DNA from: a bacterium
Lineage (GTDB): Bacteria > RBG-13-61-14 > DATKZS01
Assembly: GCA_963674965.2 (NCBI GenBank)
Contig: CAXXFL010000006.1
Span: 1-64,000 of the forward strand
Direction of reading: 5' to 3'
Length of the DNA: 64,000 nt
Of this stretch, positions 9,716 through 18,901 are shown piece by piece. Each line of letters begins with the position of its first letter. Position 1 is the first letter of the stretch. Position numbers and translations under genes: made by a program. A model generated the notes under the pieces. That model was not told the origin of the DNA. It did no database searches and saw nothing but the letters and a program-made list of their open reading frames with translations.

Positions 9716-10633
9716 ATGACGGCCACTCCGACCCAGATTAACGTATCCGACCTGTCACCCTTCGCCCAGCAGGTGGTCAAGACCAAGATCATTCAGGGCG
9801 TAAGCAACTATAACGCCTGGATGCATTCTTTCCGGGAACTCGCGAGCTTCGACCAGGTCCGGGACGAGCTATACAAGAAGGCCAACTTCCGCTTCTGGCT
9901 ATTCCTTGTCCTCAACTTCGTCATGGCCTTTTTCATCTTGTTTCTGGGCGTGCTTTTTATTTTTCTCGCCGTGATTCCGCTCATAGCGCTGATCGTCTTC
10001 GTGGTCCTTACCGTGATCAACTACAACAAGCGCAAGGCCCTCCAGGGGGTAGACCTTGAAAACGACTTCCGGGCCCTTGTCATACCGGTCCTTGAGGAGC
10101 TTATGGAGGACGTGAGCGACAAGGACAGGATGAAGGTGAGGCTCGATCTTTCCGGTCCCACGGCCGCCAAGGTGATCTATAACCAGGAGGTCCCGCCGGG
10201 CCGTTTCCGCAAGGTCATCATGACCGTATATCGCGATCCCTGGTGCGACCTTTCCATAAGGCTGGCAGACGGGGCGACCCTCCTTCTTTCCATCGTCACC
10301 ACCTACACGGTGCAGGAAAGAAGATGGACCAACCCCCGCGGGAAGTACAAGACGAAAAAGAAGTGGAAAAAGCTCATGGTAATAAGCGCGTCCCTTTTGC
10401 CCGCCGGCGAGGGCCTGGAATGGGACCCCGCCAGGGTCAACGAGAACGCGGCCACCCAAAAGCTGAAGTTTAAAAAGAAAAAGGAAACCGGCCTATGCCG
10501 CGTGGTGGAGAAGTTCAAGTTCAAGGCCGTCAATAAAATCCCCGAGCAGACGGCCAATCCTCAGCAAGTAATCGGAATGTTCATGCGGCTCTTCTCCATG
10601 ATGAAGCCGGCCGCGACCGAGAGCGGCGCCTGA
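9716..10633 (+). CDS. Hypothetical 2-TM protein with basic C-terminal domain, paralog 1 of 3
   Basis: ATG 9716 lies 5 bp after the GT stop. Hydrophobic hairpin; DLENDFR, PPGRFRKV, YRDPWC and RRWTNPRGK motifs shared with the next two genes. Confidence 0.85.
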   Translation: MTATPTQINVSDLSPFAQQVVKTKIIQGVSNYNAWMHSFRELASFDQVRDELYKKANFRFWLFLVLNFVMAFFILFLGVLFIFLAVIPLIALIVFVVLTVINYNKRKALQGVDLENDFRALVIPVLEELMEDVSDKDRMKVRLDLSGPTAAKVIYNQEVPPGRFRKVIMTVYRDPWCDLSIRLADGATLLLSIVTTYTVQERRWTNPRGKYKTKKKWKKLMVISASLLPAGEGLEWDPARVNENAATQKLKFKKKKETGLCRVVEKFKFKAVNKIPEQTANPQQVIGMFMRLFSMMKPAATESGA

Positions 10634-10681
10634 TATCCGAGGTGATGGCGTTAACGAGCATTTTCGAGATGAGGTGAATTT

Positions 10682-11638
10682 ATGACTGAAACGAAAGCGC
10701 CCGCGTCCGGCACAAGCGTAAAGGAACAACTAAGCCGGCTTTCCCCCCGCGCCGATTCTTGCGTTAAGTCCAAGAGGCTCAGGGGAAAGGCGACTTTCCG
10801 GGAACTGCGGGACCTTATCTCCGAGTTGGCCCGCTTCGACAAGGCCACCGACGAGGTCCGCTCGAAAACGCAAATGAAAGCGGGCGTCGGCTGCGTGGTT
10901 ATGATCGTGGCCATTATCGCCGCCGTTGTCGCGATCGCCATGGAGGATGAGATCGGAATGAAGACGTCCGAGACAATCCTCTACGCCATGGGCGGCCTCG
11001 CCGTCCTTTCGCTTATTTTCGCCGTCGTCTTTCAGGTGAAGGCCGGCCGCCTGGGAAAGCTTGACCTTGCAAACGACTTCCGGCTCTGCCTCAAGCCGCT
11101 TCTCGACGACCTGGCGGAGGACGTCTCGAATAAAACCAGGGTCGATTTCGACGTTGACATGAAGGGGGTCTGCAAGGAAAAAATGATCGAGAGAGGGGAG
11201 ATACCCCCCGGCCGCTTCAAGAAGGTCATCCAGACCAAGTACCGCGACCCCTGGTGCGCGCTCAGAATGAGGCTGGCCGACGGGTCGGTCATGGACCTTG
11301 ACATAGTAGATCATTACACTCTCCACGAAAGAAGGTGGACCAACCCGAGGGGGAAATCCAAGAGCAAATTCAAATGGAAGAAGCTGGTCGTAGTCTCAGC
11401 CACCCTGGTACCGGGGGGAAAGGGCCTCGACTTCTCGCGGGAGGACGCAAAAATCGCCGAGGGCATGGGCAAGCTCAAGATAAAGGACAAAAAGGACGCC
11501 AAGGTCCTGAGGCTGGTCAAGAAATACAAATTCAAAAGCATCATGGTCGAGCCCAAGGAAACGGCGGCGCATGATGACGTTCTCGGCATGTACATGAAAC
11601 TATATTCCATGATGAAACCGGCTCAGGACGCGGAGTAA
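10682..11638 (+). CDS. Hypothetical 2-TM protein, paralog 2 of 3
   Basis: RBS GAGGTG; DLANDFR, PPGRFKKV, YRDPWC, RRWTNPRGKSKSKFKWKK. Confidence 0.85.
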   Translation: MTETKAPASGTSVKEQLSRLSPRADSCVKSKRLRGKATFRELRDLISELARFDKATDEVRSKTQMKAGVGCVVMIVAIIAAVVAIAMEDEIGMKTSETILYAMGGLAVLSLIFAVVFQVKAGRLGKLDLANDFRLCLKPLLDDLAEDVSNKTRVDFDVDMKGVCKEKMIERGEIPPGRFKKVIQTKYRDPWCALRMRLADGSVMDLDIVDHYTLHERRWTNPRGKSKSKFKWKKLVVVSATLVPGGKGLDFSREDAKIAEGMGKLKIKDKKDAKVLRLVKKYKFKSIMVEPKETAAHDDVLGMYMKLYSMMKPAQDAE

Positions 11639-11663
11639 TGGCCGGATATAACGGACGACGAAA

Positions 11664-12650
11664 GTGAAGGACCCCAAAATAAACGGCGCCTCGGCCCGGG
11701 AGATGCTCGACAAACTCTCGAACGAGGCCAAATCGGTGGTCAAAACCAAAAGGTTTTCCGGACGGATAAAGTTCGGGCAACTGCGGGACCTGTTATCCGA
11801 GCTGAGCCGTTTCGACGAGATCACTGACGCGCTTTACAAGAGCGCCGTAAACCGATCGATCCTTACCGGCGTCGTCCTGGTCCTCCTTATAATCGGGTCG
11901 GCGCTTGGCGTGGTTTTTAAATGGGAGCTGAAAAACTCCATCGGGGACCCCATGGCCGCGGCCGTCATCGCGGCCGCCTTTTCACTGTCGGTCCTGGCCG
12001 CGGCCCTGCTGGTCTTCTTTATCGTCAAGACGGTAAAGCTGGGCAGGGTGGACCTGGGAAACGATTTTCGCCTTTGCCTGGCGCCGCTTCTGGATGACCT
12101 GGGCGAGGACGTGGACCCCAAGTCAACCGTCAGGGCCGAGCTTTCCCTCGGCGGCCTCGACTCGACAAAGCTGGTGGACAAGAAGTCCATGCCGCCCGGC
12201 CGCTTCAAGAAGGTCACCCAATACGTCTATCGCGACGACTGGTGCGACCTTCAGTTCAAGTTCACGGACGGGGGAATGGCGCGCCTGGCCATAACCAACA
12301 ACTTCGTCAAGCACGACAGGAGATGGACGAAAAGAAGCGCCTCGGGCAAGACCAAGTTCAAGCACAAGGACAAGTGGAAAAAACTGGTCCTTGTCACGAC
12401 TTCTCTCGCGCCGGCCGGGTCCGGTCTTGAATGGGACGAGCAGAAAGTCGAAAGCGGGGCCGGGGGCCACAAGATTAAGCGCGGGGAACGGAAGGGAAAC
12501 AAATCCTTGGAGCTGGTCGGGAAATTCAAGTACAAGGCGGTGAACGAAACGCCCGCCGAGGCCCCCTCCCGGGAGGAGGTCATGGGCATGTTCATGCGTC
12601 TTTACTCGATGGCGGCCCCCTCTAAAGAAAAGGAGACGGTCAATGTATGA
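11664..12650 (+). CDS. Hypothetical 2-TM protein, paralog 3 of 3
   Basis: DLGNDFR, PPGRFKKV, YRDDWC, RRWTKRSASGKTKFKHKDKWKK; start codon uncertain. Confidence 0.85.
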   Translation: MKDPKINGASAREMLDKLSNEAKSVVKTKRFSGRIKFGQLRDLLSELSRFDEITDALYKSAVNRSILTGVVLVLLIIGSALGVVFKWELKNSIGDPMAAAVIAAAFSLSVLAAALLVFFIVKTVKLGRVDLGNDFRLCLAPLLDDLGEDVDPKSTVRAELSLGGLDSTKLVDKKSMPPGRFKKVTQYVYRDDWCDLQFKFTDGGMARLAITNNFVKHDRRWTKRSASGKTKFKHKDKWKKLVLVTTSLAPAGSGLEWDEQKVESGAGGHKIKRGERKGNKSLELVGKFKYKAVNETPAEAPSREEVMGMFMRLYSMAAPSKEKETVNV

Positions 12651-13059
12651 TCCGGGTTCAGGTAATTGCAAGGCCAAGAAGGGAATGCTGGTGCTGCGCG
12701 AGTGTGGAGAGCCGGCCACCGCCTCATGCTCGATGTGCGGCATACCCGTCTGCCAGAAGCACGTGGTCCCCACCGAGCAGGGCGTGGCCTGCCCCGAGTG
12801 CGCGGCCATGAAGACCAAGATTCCACAGGGCCCCCAGGGCGTCGTGGGCAGGGCGCGCAGGCGGCGGAGCTACTACGGGCACTACGGCTACTCGCCCTAT
12901 TATTACGGGTATCACGGCTATGGCGGACGCCATTACTGGAGCGACGACGACTACGACTCCATGGACGAGCGGGAGGACGTGAGCGAGGACCTGGCCGAGG
13001 ACATGGAAGCCGACGGCGACGATGCCGACCTCGACGATTTCGACGACATGGAGAGCTGA
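12643..13059 (+). CDS. Small Zn-finger (B-box-like) protein with Arg/Tyr/Gly-rich segment and acidic tail
   Basis: RBS AAGGAG; overlaps the upstream stop. C..C..CSMC..CQKH..CPEC, then RRRRSYYGHYGYSPYYYGYHGYGGRHYW, then a D/E-rich tail. Confidence 0.8.
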   Translation: MYDPGSGNCKAKKGMLVLRECGEPATASCSMCGIPVCQKHVVPTEQGVACPECAAMKTKIPQGPQGVVGRARRRRSYYGHYGYSPYYYGYHGYGGRHYWSDDDYDSMDEREDVSEDLAEDMEADGDDADLDDFDDMES

Positions 13060-13091
13060 CGGGGCTTATTAACCTGACCCTGGAGCAAATT

Positions 13092-14243
13092 ATGTCGGAC
13101 CCTCGATCGAGAATCCTCCTTATCACCAGGCGCTATCCTCCCCAAAAGGGAGGCATGGCCGTCAGTTGCGAGCGACTGGCCGCGGGCCTCCGAAGAAGGG
13201 ACGTCCTCCTCGACGTGGTGGCCTTTACCGACCTGGCGGCCAAGCGCAAAGTCACCAAGGTGGACAAGGACGGCGGAGCGGACCTCCACGTGGTCCTCGA
13301 GGCATCCCCCGGCATGTCCGCCCAGATGGCCTGGAACGCCGTCCGGCAAAGGCACTCGCGCGCTCCCTATTCCTTCGTCATTGGATTCGGGTCCAACCTG
13401 CCCGGCCTTACGGCCGTGACCCTGGGCTCGTGGCTGGGACTTAAAAGCCTGGTCCTGGTGAGGGGAAACGACTTCGACCGCGACTGGTTCGATCCCCGCC
13501 TCGGCTTCCAGGTTAGGGAAGCCTTGTCCCGCGCCGACCACGTGGGGGCCGTGAGCACGGAAAAGGTCCGGCGTATCAAGGCGCTTTTCCCCGAGGCTGA
13601 CGTGAGATGGACCCCCAACGGCGTTGACCCGCGAGACCTCGAGCTTCTCCCGGAGGACGTTAAGAAGCGGGACGAAATCAAGGCCGAACTGGGGGGCGAG
13701 GACCGGAGGATCATCGGGATTTTCGGGGAGTCCAAGTTTAAAAAAAGAATACCCCTTTGGCTGGAAGGGGTCAGGGACGCGGGCCTGATGGGCCGGATCG
13801 GACTATTGGTAGTGGGCTCGGTCGATGAGGAGACCGCGCTTATCCTGGACGACCCGGCCCTTGCCCCGAGGAACCTGCGGTCCAAGTATATCCAGCGGGA
13901 CCGGCTGCCCGGCTACTACGCGGCCTGCGACTTCGTGGCCATTCCCTCCCTCTACGAGGGCATGCCCAACGCGCTGCTCGAGGCCATGGCCGCGGGGATA
14001 GTTCCCATCGCCTCGGACGCGGGCGCCTTGCCCGACGTTATCGAGGACGGCCGTACGGGCTTCTTATTCCCGGCGGAGGACAGGGCGGCGGCGGGCATGG
14101 TCACGGCCAAGGCTTTGTCCCTTTCCGACGAGGACCTGGCCGCCATGAAGGAAAGGACGAGAAAGCACGCGGAGGAAAACTTCACCATCGGCCGCGAGCT
14201 GGACGTGATCATGGAAATCGTGCGGGAAGGGGAGAATATCTGA
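13092..14243 (+). CDS. Glycosyltransferase family 4
   Basis: Start reassigned to ATG 13092 (RBS GGAG). RYPPQKGG, PNGVD, PSLYEGMPNALLEAMAAG and DGRTGFL motifs. Confidence 0.9.
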   Translation: MSDPRSRILLITRRYPPQKGGMAVSCERLAAGLRRRDVLLDVVAFTDLAAKRKVTKVDKDGGADLHVVLEASPGMSAQMAWNAVRQRHSRAPYSFVIGFGSNLPGLTAVTLGSWLGLKSLVLVRGNDFDRDWFDPRLGFQVREALSRADHVGAVSTEKVRRIKALFPEADVRWTPNGVDPRDLELLPEDVKKRDEIKAELGGEDRRIIGIFGESKFKKRIPLWLEGVRDAGLMGRIGLLVVGSVDEETALILDDPALAPRNLRSKYIQRDRLPGYYAACDFVAIPSLYEGMPNALLEAMAAGIVPIASDAGALPDVIEDGRTGFLFPAEDRAAAGMVTAKALSLSDEDLAAMKERTRKHAEENFTIGRELDVIMEIVREGENI

Positions 14244-15313
14244 TGCACGTGGCCGACGTCCTCGGCTCCGACCCGGAGATAGCCCGGAGCGCGAGAAGGA
14301 TACTGACCGAGCCGGCGACGGATTTTCCCATACTCTCAGTCAAGTTCAAGCTGACCTGGCGCTGCAACCTGCGCTGCTCCCTTTGCCGACTGTGGCAAAA
14401 GCCCTATAACGCGGCCACCCCCGACGTGACCCTTGGCCAGGTCGAAACCATCCTGAAGGCCCTTAAGGAAAGGGGGCTGCGCAAAGTCCACTTCTCCGGC
14501 GGCGAGGTACTGATACTCGATGAGTTCCCTCGAATCGTGGAGGCGGCCAGGAGCATGGACCTCCAGGTCAACCTTACCACCAACGGGACCCTGCTGGACA
14601 AGGACGTGGCCAGGTCCCTCGTGAACAACAGGGTCCACGCCGTCAACGTGTCCATCGACGCGGCCGACGAGAAAAGACACGACCGGATGCGGGGAGTGAA
14701 AGGCGCCTGGAAAAGGGCCTGGCGCGGCGTGGACAACCTGATCGAAAGAAAAAGGAATAAAGGCAGGGGACCGGTGGTGGCGGTGAACACCATCGTAACC
14801 CGCGACAACGCGGCTGAAATGGACTCCCTCTACGACATGCTTATCGAAAGGGGCGTGGACAGGTGGAGGCTTTTGCCGGTGGACACCCAGATCAAGAAGA
14901 TAAGGCCCACCGCCGAGCAATGGCAGGAACTGGCGAAAAAATGGGAAAGGTGGCGCGAGAACATGAGCCGCCTGCCCATCGACTGGTCCTCCGAGCAGAG
15001 CGCCAAGAAAGCCGCCAAGGGAAAATACGCGGGAAGGTTCTACCACGACCGAGCCTGCTTCGCGCCCTGGTTCAACCTCTTTATCGACGCCGACGGAAAG
15101 ACCTATCCCTGCTGCATGGGAAAGACCCACATGCGGCCCTACGGCAACGCCTTCGAGACGCCGGTCTCGGAGCTTTTGGCCGGGGAAGGCAGGAAGGAAA
15201 TCTGCTGCTCCCTGGCCTCGGGCCACCTCTACCCCATATGCGAGAGGTGCGACGACTTTCTCGAGGAAAACGAGGCTTTTGCCCACCTTTATAAAATGGA
15301 GGAAATCAAATGA
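14243..15313 (+). CDS. Radical SAM protein with C-terminal SPASM/twitch domain
   Basis: CNLRCSLC (CxxxCxxC), FSGGE, TTNGTLL, VSIDA; C-terminal CFAPW..LFIDADG.TYPCC..GN..CERC; TGATG coupling to the upstream gene. Confidence 0.92.
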   Translation: MHVADVLGSDPEIARSARRILTEPATDFPILSVKFKLTWRCNLRCSLCRLWQKPYNAATPDVTLGQVETILKALKERGLRKVHFSGGEVLILDEFPRIVEAARSMDLQVNLTTNGTLLDKDVARSLVNNRVHAVNVSIDAADEKRHDRMRGVKGAWKRAWRGVDNLIERKRNKGRGPVVAVNTIVTRDNAAEMDSLYDMLIERGVDRWRLLPVDTQIKKIRPTAEQWQELAKKWERWRENMSRLPIDWSSEQSAKKAAKGKYAGRFYHDRACFAPWFNLFIDADGKTYPCCMGKTHMRPYGNAFETPVSELLAGEGRKEICCSLASGHLYPICERCDDFLEENEAFAHLYKMEEIK

Positions 15314-15894
15314 AAAGAATGACGGTTTTTTGCGCGGCCCTGGTTCTCGTCGCGGCGGCGGCCATGGCCGCCATGTCCAGTTACAAGCTGACCTACGGTC
15401 CGGCCAATACCCTGGTTACGATCACGCAGGTGAACGCGGATAAATGGACCGCCCAGGAGGCGGGCGTGACCTACGAGGTCGAGGTCAAGGACGGCGTCAA
15501 CGTGACCTTTTCTCAGGGCGGGTCCCTGGTGGCGAGCGGCAAGCTCGAGGAGGGCAAGCTCAAGCTCAAGACGCCCGACGGCTCGTTTTACTTCAAGGTG
15601 AAGTTCAAGGAGGACAAGACCAAGGTCTATCTTTCGGACGAGGACGAGGAGGGCTACTCGATCAAGATCAAGGAGGACAAGTACAAGATCAAGCGGGGCG
15701 AGACGGAGCTTGGCAAGATAAAGTTTTATCCTGACAACGGCAAGCTCAAGGTCAAGGACGTTAATGACGCTGAGCTGGCCGTGAGCAAGGACATGGGCCG
15801 CCTGACGGCCGCTCCCGCCGGATTCGCCATCCCCGACCTGGACGGGCCGAGGCGCTATTTCCTTTTGCTTTACCTTCTGGCCATGAACAAGTAA
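15310..15894 (+). CDS. Secreted beta-strand-rich, Lys-rich hypothetical protein
   Basis: Signal peptide (AMA), repeated K-x-K beta hairpins, ATGA overlap with the radical SAM gene. Confidence 0.8.
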   Translation: MKRMTVFCAALVLVAAAAMAAMSSYKLTYGPANTLVTITQVNADKWTAQEAGVTYEVEVKDGVNVTFSQGGSLVASGKLEEGKLKLKTPDGSFYFKVKFKEDKTKVYLSDEDEEGYSIKIKEDKYKIKRGETELGKIKFYPDNGKLKVKDVNDAELAVSKDMGRLTAAPAGFAIPDLDGPRRYFLLLYLLAMNK

Positions 15895-16796
15895 TGGCCG
15901 GAGATCCGGCCGTCATTTCCGCGCCCGGAGCGGGGCTTGGCCACCTCGTCCGGGCGCTGGCCGTTTCTCTGGAGATGGAGAAGCGGGGAGCGGCCTGCCG
16001 CGTGGTCACCAACTCGCCCTACGCCGAGGGCATGGCCCGTATGACCGGGGCCAGGATATCCTCCATCCCCGACGCCGGATGGAAAACCAAGGTGAGGGAT
16101 TTCGTCCGGGAGACGCGGCCGCGCCTGTTGGTGACGGACTCCTTCCCCTGGGGACTCAGGGGGGAATGGCTTGGTCCTCCCGAGCCGGGCCTTCGCGTCG
16201 TACACCTGGCCCGTATTCTCAAGATCGCCGATTACATGGAGGCCATGAAGGTGAACGTGGATTCGGCCCCGCCCTTTCACGCCTCGATCATCGCCGAGAG
16301 GATTCCACCGGAGCAGGAAAAAGCGCTGGCCCTGGGCCGATTCCCGAGCGTTCGCCTCGAGGGCAGGATAAGGCTCGAGGGCCTTCCCGCTCCGCCGCTT
16401 CCGGAAGAGCTTTGTGAACCTCTGGACGCGGGAAAGCTTGTCCTTGCCGTGCATAGCGGTCCGGAAAGGGAGATAAAAACGCTGATGGACCGGGCGAATA
16501 GAGAGGCCGGGAAAACGGCGGACGCCGCGGTCACGCTTATCTCTCCTCGCGAGCCCGCGGGATTTGCGGCGCCCTGGCTCGAGTATTTCCCGGCCTCGGC
16601 CCTTTACGGCCGGGCCGCCATGGTCGTCACCGCCGCCGGGTACAACTCCATGGCCGAGATGAGCCCCTATCGCGAAAAGCACGTGGCGATCGCCTTTGAC
16701 AGGACTTACGACGACCAGGCTTTACGCGTGAAAGACTACATGAGCGACGTTAACGGGGCGGCCCAGGCGGCGGATTTCCTCATCCGCTGCATGTAA
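15894..16796 (+). CDS. GT-B fold glycosyltransferase-like protein (GT28/PseG/COG4671-like)
   Basis: GAGLGHLVR, LVTDSFPWG, AAGYNS and RTYDDQ motifs; TAATG coupling. Confidence 0.75.
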   Translation: MAGDPAVISAPGAGLGHLVRALAVSLEMEKRGAACRVVTNSPYAEGMARMTGARISSIPDAGWKTKVRDFVRETRPRLLVTDSFPWGLRGEWLGPPEPGLRVVHLARILKIADYMEAMKVNVDSAPPFHASIIAERIPPEQEKALALGRFPSVRLEGRIRLEGLPAPPLPEELCEPLDAGKLVLAVHSGPEREIKTLMDRANREAGKTADAAVTLISPREPAGFAAPWLEYFPASALYGRAAMVVTAAGYNSMAEMSPYREKHVAIAFDRTYDDQALRVKDYMSDVNGAAQAADFLIRCM

Positions 16797-16871
16797 ATAA
16801 GCACGGGAAATGAGCGGCGCTAAACACGTTCCACGCGGGTGACCGGCCTGGTTTAAAAGAAAAGAAATTCC

Positions 16872-18884
16872 TTAAAGCGCGGTGACTCTCATGACCTCCT
16901 CGAAGGTGGTGGCGCCCTCGCCCAGTTTCTTGATGGCGCACTCCCTAAGGCTCATCATGCCCTCCTCGATGGCGGCCTTGTTAAGGCGGCTCGAGTCGGC
17001 GCCTTCCCGGATGAGCTTGATCAGTTTCTCGGTTATGGGCATGACCTCGAAAATGCCGGTCCTTCCCATGTAGCCCGTGTTGCGGCAGTCCAGGCAGCCG
17101 GCCCCGAAATAGACCCTGACTTTCTGCTTCTCGTCCTTGACGGGAATCTTGAGGGCCCGCAGTTCCTGGACCCCGAGGAAGGTCTCGGTACGGCAATGAG
17201 GGCAAATCATCCTGACCAGCCTCTGGGCGAGCGATCCCACCAGGGTGCTGGCCAGGAGGAAGGGCTCGACCTGCATCTCGTTCATCCTGGTGACGGCGGA
17301 GGCCGCGTCGTTGGTGTGGAGCGTCGAGAGCACCAGGTGCCCGGTCAGGGCCGACTGGACGGCGTTGGTGGCCGTTTCCCTGTCCCTTATCTCTCCCACC
17401 ATTATCACGTCCGGGTCCTGGCGGAGTATGGTCCTGAGCGCGGAGGCGAAGGTCACGTCGATCTTAGGCTGGACCCCCACCTGGTTGAATTCCTCGTAGA
17501 CCATCTCGATGGGGTCCTCGATGGTGACGATGTTGATGTCCGGGCTGGAAATGGCCTTGAGGGCCGTATAAAGGGTGGTGGTCTTTCCGCTGCCGGTGGG
17601 ACCGGTCACGAGGATCAGCCCGTTCGGCCTCGAGATGAAGTCGTTAAAGAGCGAGAACTCGCGGTCGTAGAATCCGAGGTTCGACAGTTCCTGGAGGAGC
17701 ACGTCGGGATCGAAAATCCTGACTACCAGCTTTTCGCCGAAGGCCACGGGCAGGGTGCTGACGCGGAGCTCGATCTCCTTTTCCCCGTACTCGGTCTTGA
17801 TCCTCCCGTCCTGGGGCCGTCTTTTCTCGGCTATGTCCATCCTGGCCAGCATCTTGACGCGGCTAACCACGGCCTGGTGAACCACCTTGGGCACGTGATG
17901 GATGTCGTGGAGGATGCCGTCGATCCTGAAACGGACCACGCAGTTCTGCCGCTTGGGCTCGATGTGGATATCCGAGGCCCGCTGCTCGTAGGCGTAGCGC
18001 AGAAGGTGCTCGACCGCCTGGATGACGGGGGCGTCCGAGGCGTCGAACCCGTCGGACTTCATGGTCACGAACTGCTCGAGGTTCTGGATGTCGGCGTCCT
18101 GCTTAAGCTCCTTGACCGCCTTGTCCACGCTCGTGCGGAAGCCGTAAAACTCGGCGATGATCTTCCTGATGTCGGAGGGAGTCGAGAGCTTGAGCTTAAG
18201 GTTCCTTCCCGTGGCCCGTTTTATAAGATCGAGACCCTCGTCGTCAAAGGGGTCGTCCACCGCCATGATCAACTCGTCCTTTGTCTCCCCGATGGGGACC
18301 ATGCGGTGGCGCCTGGCGAACCCTCGGCTGATGGTCTTGGTCACCAGGTCCATGTCCAGCTTCATGGGATCGATTTTCACGAACTCCATTTTCAGGTCGG
18401 CGGCCAGGGACTGCATAACGCGGTCCTCGATGAGCAGCCTGCCTCCTCCTCCCGGTATCTTGAACTGAAAGGAGGCCAACACCTCGACCGGCGAAAGACT
18501 GGCCTGGTCCTGTTGGCGGCTTTTCTTCGAGAACTGGATTTCCCGGAGCTGGCGCTGGAGGCGGGCGCGCTGTGGCCTCTCCTTTACGACGGCGTCCTTT
18601 TTCTGGTCCACGCTCATGAGTCCGTCGCGGACCATCACGTCCGTGAGCCCGTCCATGGTGATGACCTTCAGGTCGCCCATCAGGCTGTACTTAAGCTGGG
18701 CGGCCTGGGCGTCGGTAAGCTCGATCTCGGGCACCTGGAGGTCGGGATCGTCGTTGACCTTGAGCTTGACTCCCGCGCCGCCGGGAATTTTTTGCACGTT
18801 TTCGGCCTCGGCGTCCTTGGGCATGCCCTTGGCCGCCTCCTTGAATATCCCCTCAAGCTTTTCGTCCTTTTTGATTTCGGACAT
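16872..18884 (-). CDS. GspE/PilB-family type II/IV secretion ATPase
   Basis: ASDIHIEP, DIAEKRRPQDGR, GPTGSGKTTT, TIEDPIE, LRQDPDVIMVGEIRD, STLHTNDA, CPHC..CLDC zinc site. Confidence 0.95.
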   Translation of the reverse strand: MSEIKKDEKLEGIFKEAAKGMPKDAEAENVQKIPGGAGVKLKVNDDPDLQVPEIELTDAQAAQLKYSLMGDLKVITMDGLTDVMVRDGLMSVDQKKDAVVKERPQRARLQRQLREIQFSKKSRQQDQASLSPVEVLASFQFKIPGGGGRLLIEDRVMQSLAADLKMEFVKIDPMKLDMDLVTKTISRGFARRHRMVPIGETKDELIMAVDDPFDDEGLDLIKRATGRNLKLKLSTPSDIRKIIAEFYGFRTSVDKAVKELKQDADIQNLEQFVTMKSDGFDASDAPVIQAVEHLLRYAYEQRASDIHIEPKRQNCVVRFRIDGILHDIHHVPKVVHQAVVSRVKMLARMDIAEKRRPQDGRIKTEYGEKEIELRVSTLPVAFGEKLVVRIFDPDVLLQELSNLGFYDREFSLFNDFISRPNGLILVTGPTGSGKTTTLYTALKAISSPDINIVTIEDPIEMVYEEFNQVGVQPKIDVTFASALRTILRQDPDVIMVGEIRDRETATNAVQSALTGHLVLSTLHTNDAASAVTRMNEMQVEPFLLASTLVGSLAQRLVRMICPHCRTETFLGVQELRALKIPVKDEKQKVRVYFGAGCLDCRNTGYMGRTGIFEVMPITEKLIKLIREGADSSRLNKAAIEEGMMSLRECAIKKLGEGATTFEEVMRVTAL

Positions 18885-18901
18885 TTCCCGCTCCCTTTCG
18901 G

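Noticed and set aside
9716-12650. Paralog arrays as diversity-generating retroelement targets
   Set aside because: No reverse transcriptase and no near-identical template/variable repeat pair with adenine-specific differences.
12666-13091. N-terminal extension of the 525 aa ORF suggesting a fusion or overlapping gene
   Set aside because: Alternative frame of the Zn-finger gene; the GT has its own RBS and ATG at 13092.
16826-16842. Second parS-like site (CGTTCCACGCGG)
   Set aside because: Only a half-site; the palindrome is not completed.
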